This document shows, one piece after another, positions 25,178-29,791 of a stretch of 29,791 nucleotides of DNA. Position 1 is the stretch's first letter. Every line of letters starts with the position of its first letter. The translations under genes were made by a program, and so were the position numbers. Origin of the DNA: Deltaproteobacteria bacterium (GTDB taxonomy: Bacteria; Myxococcota_A; UBA9160; SMWR01). The notes below the pieces were generated by a model, which was given only the letters and a program-made list of their open reading frames with translations, ran no database searches and was not told where the DNA came from. The stretch lies in the NCBI GenBank assembly GCA_032128375.1, contig JAQBGU010000040.1, forward strand, positions 1-29,791, read 5' to 3'.

Positions 25178-26794
25178 ATGCCCGAAGGCACGGAAGACCG
25201 CTGGCTACACGGACGTTTTTCCGATCTCGTGTTCGGAGCCGGGCTCGTCTATCTCCCGGTATTTCTGCTCTTGGCCGTCGGCCTCTTTCCGAAAGTTCCG
25301 GCTCGATTCCTACCGTTGGTCGTCCTCGCTTTCTCGACCCCACATATCGGTGCCACGTTGCTACGCGCCTACGAACGGGACGAGGATCGCCGCGCATATC
25401 GATTCTTCACTGTGTATGCGACGATCGCGATCGCGACGGCATTCGGGGTGGGCCTCTATGTACCCCTCGTAGGCTCGATCATGATTACGCTGTATTTCAC
25501 GGTGGTGCCCTGGCACTTCACCGGACAGAATTTCGGCATTGCGCTGATCTTCCTGCGTCGCAGTGGCATCGAGGTTTCCCCCGCACTTCGCCGTTTCGTC
25601 TACCTCGCGTGTTCGCTGCCGTTCGCGTTGTGGATCCTGACCATTCACGGCGAGCAACAGGGCCTGATCGGTTACGCACCTCTCAGTACGATCGGCACCG
25701 CCTACGAGTTTATATCGCTGCAAATCCCGGGATTCGTCCAGGCACCATTGATGGGGATAGCCTTCGGCGCTTACTTGTACGTGCTCGGAGAATGCGCGGT
25801 GCGTCTTGCAAGCCGTGGCGTGATTCGAGCTGCGTTTCCGGCGCTTGTGCTGCTGCTCATCCAGGGGTTGTGGTTCGCGGCTCCCGTGCTGGGACGATTC
25901 ATCTACGATGACGCGCAAATGGGGCCGCTTTCGGGCTCTCGCGCCGCCTACACATTCGTCTGGATTTCGATGACCCACGGCATTCAGTACCTGTGGGTCA
26001 CGACCTACTACGCGAAGCGGCAACAGCCGGAAACGGCTACCTCGCTCTATCTCGCAAAGGCGCTGTTCGCGGGGTCTGCAATCTACGGCTTGCCGTTGTT
26101 GGTAATGACACCTGCCTTGCTCGGTAGTCTCTCGTACACCGGCGGACTCTATTTGATGGTGGCTGGGGCGCTGAACCTCCATCACGTGTTGCTGGACAGC
26201 GCGATCTGGAAGCTGCGAAATTCCCGCATCGCCTCGGTCCTGTTTGGCGGAGAGGCGAAGCTGTCGGGTGTTGCGATCATGCCACGACGTTCACAATGGC
26301 GCTATTTGGTGTATGCCTCGGGAGCGTTGGCAGTCGCTATCAGCATCTTCGTTCCGCTCGAGTCCATGTTTCGTCTCGCACCGGCGCAGCGCGCGCGCGA
26401 TACGGCAGCATACGGAGCGTCGCTCGAGCGTCTCACCTGGATGGGACGCGACAGTGCGAAACGTCGCACCATCCTCGGCGTCCTGCTCGCTGAGGAAGGC
26501 AATGCGGAAGAGGCGCTCGAGCAGTTCGAGCGCAGTGTCCTGCTGCGTCCGAACGTCGAGGCGTGGGTGAATATCGGCGCACTCCGAGAAAGGAAGGGGC
26601 AACTCGCGCCCGCGCTCGCGGCGTATCAACGCGCGGCGATACTCGATCCAGACGATGCGACTGAGCTTTTCTACACCGGTCGCGCCCTCATTCGTCTCGG
26701 GGACCTGGAGCGCGGCAGGAACCTCGTGGGGCGCGCCAAAAGGCTCGCCCCGCAGGTCGTGCCCCTGAGCGCAGCCGAGTCCCCCGGGTCTTGA
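25178..26794 (+). CDS. Polytopic membrane protein with conserved-looking His motifs and C-terminal TPRs
   Basis: PHIGAT, WHFTGQNFG, HGIQYL, LHHVLLDSAIWKLR; TPRs (EAWVNIGALRERKG, AAILDPDD). Confidence 0.8.
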   Translation: MPEGTEDRWLHGRFSDLVFGAGLVYLPVFLLLAVGLFPKVPARFLPLVVLAFSTPHIGATLLRAYERDEDRRAYRFFTVYATIAIATAFGVGLYVPLVGSIMITLYFTVVPWHFTGQNFGIALIFLRRSGIEVSPALRRFVYLACSLPFALWILTIHGEQQGLIGYAPLSTIGTAYEFISLQIPGFVQAPLMGIAFGAYLYVLGECAVRLASRGVIRAAFPALVLLLIQGLWFAAPVLGRFIYDDAQMGPLSGSRAAYTFVWISMTHGIQYLWVTTYYAKRQQPETATSLYLAKALFAGSAIYGLPLLVMTPALLGSLSYTGGLYLMVAGALNLHHVLLDSAIWKLRNSRIASVLFGGEAKLSGVAIMPRRSQWRYLVYASGALAVAISIFVPLESMFRLAPAQRARDTAAYGASLERLTWMGRDSAKRRTILGVLLAEEGNAEEALEQFERSVLLRPNVEAWVNIGALRERKGQLAPALAAYQRAAILDPDDATELFYTGRALIRLGDLERGRNLVGRAKRLAPQVVPLSAAESPGS

Positions 26795-27015
26795 AATAGT
26801 GGGTGTCGCTGCTTCGCGAAACGGGTAGTGGGGACTGTGAACCCGCCGCGTCAACAGACCAATCAAACAAACGTATTATTCACTCGATCTCGCCCAAATG
26901 GGTGCAATCCCTCCATACCGAGAGTGGTCACGAATCCCCGTCTTCTACCTATTCTCCACTGCGCAGGAATGCCGGTCCCTTGCCATTGGTCGCGATTGAC
27001 CTCGTCAAACCATCG

Positions 27016-28062
27016 CTACAGGGTGGCCATGCCTGCATTGTTGAAGGAACGATCGTAGTACTCCATGTAGTGCACCTTGCGCTCGAGACTCTCGATCACC
27101 AAATGAGCAAAGTTCACGTTGATGAGCTTCTGCACGCTGCCCAGGCCTCCCGGACTGAACACGTTGATCTCCATCAGCTTGTCGCCCACGATGTCAAGCC
27201 CGACGAAGAACATGCCGTCCTCCACGAGCTTGGGGCGCACGATATCGGCGATTTTGAAGTGGGTGTCTGTGAGTGCCGCTACGCCCAATTTTCCGCCTGC
27301 GTGGATATTGCTCCGCATATCCGAACCCGATCGGAGTCGACGGAAAGCCGCGACTTTCCCCTTGTGTCGCATGGGTTCACCGTTCATCACGAACATCCGA
27401 GTATCGCCTTCGTGTGCCGCAGGGAGATATTCCTGCGCGATCACGTAGCCGTCTCGCGTCAGGCTCTCGATCATCTGGTTGACATTGGAGGCAGATCCCT
27501 CGTCGACCAGAAAGACGCCTTGCCCTCCGGATCCCTGCAGGGGTTTCAGCACCGCTTTGCCGCCCTCGGCCTTCACGAACGCCTTGATCTCGTCCCGATC
27601 CATCGTGATCAGCGTCCTCGGCCGAACTTCATCGGGAAAGAGCTGGAAGTACATCTTGGTCATCGCCTTCGCGAGGCCGTTGGGGTCGTTGACGACGATG
27701 ACACCGTGCCGCATGGCGATGCGCCCGAAGTTGATCCCCACCGTCTGCGCCCAGGAACGCAGCCCGGAGTCTGTCGAGGGATCGTTCCGCAACATCAGGA
27801 CGTCGAGATCGTCGACGGTGATCCGCTCGATTTTCGCGCTCTTCCCTCTGAGATCCGCGAGATACTTGTCCGAATCCTTGTACTGGGTTTTCGGCGCCGA
27901 TCGGGCCCGAGCGCGGATCTTCTCGTCCGGGTCATAGGCGAAGGATTGGGCATCGATGAGCCAGGCCTCGTGACCCCGGTTGATCGCGGCCATCGCCAGT
28001 CGCGTCGTCGTGTAGCCCGATTCTTCAGTCTTGAGATCGTTTACGAAAAAACCGATTCTCAT
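27016..28062 (-). CDS. gshB: Glutathione synthetase-like ATP-grasp ligase
   Basis: LDVLMLRNDP, VVNDP, VLKPLQGSGGQGVF, IAQEYLP...GDTR, RSNIHAGG, FVGLDIVGDKLMEINVFSPGG. Confidence 0.82.
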   Translation of the reverse strand: MRIGFFVNDLKTEESGYTTTRLAMAAINRGHEAWLIDAQSFAYDPDEKIRARARSAPKTQYKDSDKYLADLRGKSAKIERITVDDLDVLMLRNDPSTDSGLRSWAQTVGINFGRIAMRHGVIVVNDPNGLAKAMTKMYFQLFPDEVRPRTLITMDRDEIKAFVKAEGGKAVLKPLQGSGGQGVFLVDEGSASNVNQMIESLTRDGYVIAQEYLPAAHEGDTRMFVMNGEPMRHKGKVAAFRRLRSGSDMRSNIHAGGKLGVAALTDTHFKIADIVRPKLVEDGMFFVGLDIVGDKLMEINVFSPGGLGSVQKLINVNFAHLVIESLERKVHYMEYYDRSFNNAGMATL

Positions 28063-28800
28063 TGCGTTCTCCTCTCCTCTAGTTTCGTGAGATCCATGAG
28101 TTGGGCGCCCCTTCCCCAGCTTCTCGAGGCGATCCGTCGCCTCCGGTCGCGGAAGGTAGCGGGTCGAAACGGGGGCGGTACGAGGACGCCGCGCGACTGG
28201 AGATCGCGGACGACGTCCAGGTGTTGAAGTCCGATCTTCCCCACCAGCAGGGGCTCGAGGCTCCCGCCGCGACCCAGGTAGTCGAGGAGCGCCCCGAGCC
28301 CGCGCAGGTAGACGGCATCCTTCGCTTGCCCACCCCCCCGGAACACACGCATCGTGATGACGTATGCGGTTCTCTGAGCGAAGAGTCGCAGTCGCGGTCC
28401 AGTTCCCGAAAGATTTCGTGCTGCAGAAGTGCATCTACGCGCCCGGCGGGAATCGAAGCTCCCGACGGAACGAGCGATGACTGCGCGAGAACATCAGGCT
28501 GCTGACGTCGCTGCGGACACGCACGGTTGCCGGGAGGCCCCCGACCTCTCCACGCAGGTGCGTGATCTCCTCGTCAGCGCGTGCTGCAAAAGGCACGTGC
28601 ATCGACCATGTCGCCTTTCGCCGTTTCGCGGCTCCGGAGGGAACCTCGGCCAACAGCGCCTCTGCCTGCTCGAGCAGATCGTCCTCGATTGCGCCGTACA
28701 GCTGCAAGCTGCCATGGCGGAAACGCGGCGTGTCCCGATCGGCCATTACGGTGATCTTTCGATCGAGCTCGTCCTGCGGCTCGCGGAAGAGACCCTCTTC
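28059..28800 (-). pseudogene. Disrupted DUF1704 / QEGLA-motif protein (5' part removed at the cassette junction, internal deletion, frameshifts)
   Basis: LFREPQDELDRKITV..DRDTPRF.HGSLQLYG; RVDALLQHEI joined directly to FRELDRD; TMRVFRGGG..KDAVYLRGL; stop overlaps the gshB-like start. Confidence 0.75.
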
Positions 28801-28811
28801 GTTGGACGGCG
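28801..28811 (-). mobile_element. Truncated attC: inverse core R'' (GTCCAAC) only
   Basis: Minus-strand CGCCGTCCAAC lies 6 nt after the stop of the 83-aa ORF and pairs 10/11 with that cassette's core GTTAGACGGCG (29104-29094). Confidence 0.65.
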
Positions 28812-28817
28812 GCCACA

Positions 28818-29069
28818 TCACTCCTCGTTCCTGATTCGATTCCTTTCGATCTCCATGCTGTGAAGGAGCTCCCGCAGGTTCTCGGCGGTAGTCGACATCG
28901 CCGAGAACGGTTCACCGAGGGCATCAGAGAAGTTCTGAAATCCTGCGGATAGCAGCTCTGATTGGACGCGAGCGGTTTTTTCGATCAGGCCGGCGAGATT
29001 CTTATGCATATCGGAGATCGCTGTAATCTGCGCTTCGAGGACGTCGATCGGCTTTGACTCTTCGGACAT
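28818..29069 (-). CDS. Hypothetical 83-aa helical protein carried as an integron cassette
   Basis: AAGGA RBS before ATG; ORF fills the space between core site 29098-29104 and inverse core 28801-28807. Confidence 0.75.
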   Translation of the reverse strand: MSEESKPIDVLEAQITAISDMHKNLAGLIEKTARVQSELLSAGFQNFSDALGEPFSAMSTTAENLRELLHSMEIERNRIRNEE

Positions 29070-29097
29070 GGCAAGTTCCTTCGCTTACGGCGTCGCC

Positions 29098-29232
29098 GTC
29101 TAACGGATCGGCGTTCAGCGGCCAGCAACAGCGCTGACCGTTTCCGATCCTGCCGAGAAAGTATGCCGCCAGACGGCAGCGAAGGTCAATCGAAGCATGC
29201 TGTTGCTGGTCCGCTGCAACGGCTTGTTGGGC
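29098..29232 (-). mobile_element. Integron attC site (135 bp)
   Basis: Top (minus) strand GCCCAAC-AAGCC-GTTGCAGC-GGACCAGCAACAGC...GCTGTTGCTGGCC-GCTGAAC-GCCGATCC-GTTAGAC. Shows R'', L'', L', R' and two extrahelical bases on the left arm. Confidence 0.92.
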
Positions 29233-29242
29233 GGCGTGCGAA

Positions 29243-29653
29243 CTACGACGGCTCCCCAGGCTCCGCGAACGTCCAGCGATGGCCGCCGGGATCACTCGCG
29301 GTGTACTGCCGATTGCCTCCAAAGTGCGAGTGGGGTTCTTCCCAGATGCGCGCGCCGGCTGCCTTGGCTCGGGCGTAGTGCTCGTCGAGATTATTGACGT
29401 ACACGTAGATCATGGCGGACACAAGCTCGGGATCGGGAACAGCACGAGTTCCGAAGGCCTTCATCCCTGGGCCGACGAGTATGACGCCCGTCCGGGTCCT
29501 TACCTTGGCGGTGAGGACTTTGTCGTCTGTGGGATTACGAAATGCCGATTCGATCTCGAATGCAAACGCCTTCTCCATGAACTCGAGCGCAGGTCCAGCA
29601 TCCTCGTAGTACAGATAGGGAACGATCTGGGCCATGTCTGCAGGCGGCTTCAT
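29243..29653 (-). CDS. VOC/glyoxalase/bleomycin-resistance (PhnB-like) protein, integron cassette
   Basis: IVPYLYYEDAGPALEFMEKAFAF, IYVYVNNLDEHYARAKAAGA, DPGGHRWTFA; flanked by attC sites. Confidence 0.9.
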   Translation of the reverse strand: MKPPADMAQIVPYLYYEDAGPALEFMEKAFAFEIESAFRNPTDDKVLTAKVRTRTGVILVGPGMKAFGTRAVPDPELVSAMIYVYVNNLDEHYARAKAAGARIWEEPHSHFGGNRQYTASDPGGHRWTFAEPGEPS

Positions 29654-29712
29654 GGTTTCCTCCCTTACGGCTCACCTCGATTTTGAACCACGTGAGCCTG
29701 CCTGCCCACGCC

Positions 29713-29791
29713 GCCCAACGGATCGGGCTTCAGCTGCAACAGACAGCACTGACCGTCAACGCTATGCCACCGAAGCCCCGACGCCAGAATG
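29713..29791 (-). mobile_element. Partial attC site (R'/L' half; remainder beyond the window)
   Basis: Plus-strand GCCCAACGGATCGGGCTTCAGCTGC...GCACTGACCGT is homologous to GTCTAACGGATCGGCGTTCAGCGGC...GCGCTGACCGT at 29098. Confidence 0.85.

Noticed and set aside
27016..28434. 472-aa version of the gshB-like ORF
   Set aside because: The N-terminal extension overlaps the DUF1704 remnant in another frame; the homologous start is MRIGFFVN at 28062 with a GGAG RBS

Overview
A GC-rich bacterial chromosomal window (gene content and RpoH-type sigma factor suggest Myxococcota/deltaproteobacterial origin; this is inference). The left half (1-16368) is core genome: FHA-protein start, acylphosphatase, RpoH-family sigma factor, cytochrome c, pepA, a tolQRAB-cpoB operon with no pal, dksA-tsaD-rsmA, panBC behind a pan-motif leader with a terminator and a predicted antiterminator, smpB, and tmRNA (ssrA). 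The right half is accessory. A ~1.95-kb element sits in the tmRNA 3' end. It has duplicated att cores, IHF-consensus sites and arm-type repeats, but only one cargo gene and no integrase. It is followed by a mosaic of intact membrane/TPR genes and spliced gene remnants, a gshB-like ATP-grasp gene with a broken DUF1704/QEGLA partner, and a minus-strand integron cassette array at the right edge. The array has one complete attC, one partial attC, and one attC cut off at its inverse core exactly where the array joins the DUF1704 gene. No intI is visible in the window.
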